Made by a program: the position numbers and the translations under genes. Source: Deferrisomatales bacterium (GTDB taxonomy: Bacteria > Desulfobacterota > Deferrisomatia > Deferrisomatales > JACRMM01). Taken from it: DNA of 24,061 nucleotides. Numbering within the stretch: position 1 is the first letter of the stretch; each line of letters begins with the position of its first letter. Under the pieces are notes generated by a model. The model saw only the letters and a program-made list of their open reading frames with translations, ran no database searches and was not told where the DNA came from. Positions 23,689 to 24,061 of this stretch are shown piece after piece. Where the stretch lies: assembly GCA_033551855.1 (NCBI GenBank), contig JAWSUI010000057.1, forward strand, positions 1 through 24,061. Direction: 5' to 3'.

Positions 23689-24061
23689 TTGCGAAGTGGG
23701 CCGAGACGGGGGGGTGCCGGGAGAGGCACAGGTGGGACCGGCGCCGGGGGCCCCGGGTTCGGAGGCCCGGCGCAGGGCCCCCGCCGCACCCTCCGCGTGA
23801 CGGGGCGCGAGGGGGGGCTGCGCCTGGACCTCTTTCTCTCCGCGGCCCTCCCCGAGCTGAGCCGCAAGCAGGCCAAGCGCCTCATCGACGCCCGCCGGGT
23901 CTCGGTGGGGGGGCGGATCGAGCCCATGGCCTCCCGCGTGGTCCGGGGCGGCGATGAGGTGGAGGTCGTCCTGGAGCGGGCCGCGCCCCCGGCGGCCCCG
24001 CCCGAGCTTCCCGTGCTGTACGAGGATGCCGCGTGCCTGGCGGTGGACAAGCCCCCCGGCC
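23689..24061 (+). CDS. RluA/RluD-family pseudouridine synthase, 5' part (runs off the window)
   Basis: Frame translated by hand: S4 domain GLRLDLFLSAALPELSRKQAKRLIDARRVSVGG..VRGGDEV, then LPVLYEDAACLAVDKPPG. Start uncertain (TTG 23689 or GTG 23797). Confidence 0.85.
   Translation, partial: MRSGPRRGGAGRGTGGTGAGGPGFGGPAQGPRRTLRVTGREGGLRLDLFLSAALPELSRKQAKRLIDARRVSVGGRIEPMASRVVRGGDEVEVVLERAAPPAAPPELPVLYEDAACLAVDKPPG

Noticed and set aside
23681..23800. GTGA-coupled start at 23681 for the pseudouridine synthase
   Set aside because: GTG 23681 is out of frame with the S4 domain.
491..24050. Many long antisense or alternate-frame ORFs (e.g. 491-2524, 2780-5704, 5829-9197, 9849-12599, 21711-24050)
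   Set aside because: Shadow ORFs of real genes in high-GC DNA; Pro/Arg/Gly-rich or antisense-pattern translations with no motifs.
1..24061. CRISPR array, tRNA/rRNA, integrase or transposase
   Set aside because: No regularly spaced repeats, cloverleaf or rRNA signatures, or recombinase motifs seen by eye.

Overview
High-GC bacterial chromosomal DNA, roughly 70% GC by eye. The gene types suggest a Desulfobacterota/Myxococcota-like deltaproteobacterium (inference). Left to right: (1) an AT-richer edge with a leftward sigma70-like promoter inside a 15-bp palindrome; (2) a signalling locus in which a cNMP-CBS-CBS-DUF294 nucleotidyltransferase (- strand) is divergent from a coupled operon encoding a stand-alone receiver, a membrane-anchored Cache-HAMP-PAS-pseudokinase-DEDDh exonuclease fusion, a 62-aa membrane protein and an SLC5-STAC-GAF histidine kinase; (3) an orphan class A dnaJ and an orphan pilT/pilU ATPase; (4) two small Cys-rich ORFs and a divergent cyclodeaminase/cyclohydrolase-like gene; (5) a - strand run of ferric-reductase-like flavocytochrome b, tetrahaem cytochrome c and an orphan sensor kinase; (6) a divergent Mrp/Mnh antiporter-like operon (E-F-G-[A'B]-C-D-D-D); (7) a truncated RluA/RluD pseudouridine synthase. 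The intergenic DNA holds two dispersed repeat families: a 209-bp MITE-like structured element in 2 direct copies and an 87-bp element in 2 inverted copies. It also holds a ~200-bp imperfect palindrome. The best candidate for a novel system is the nucleotidyltransferase / receptor-exonuclease / transporter-kinase module, which has no DNA-binding output. All family calls come from motif recognition by eye, not database searches.
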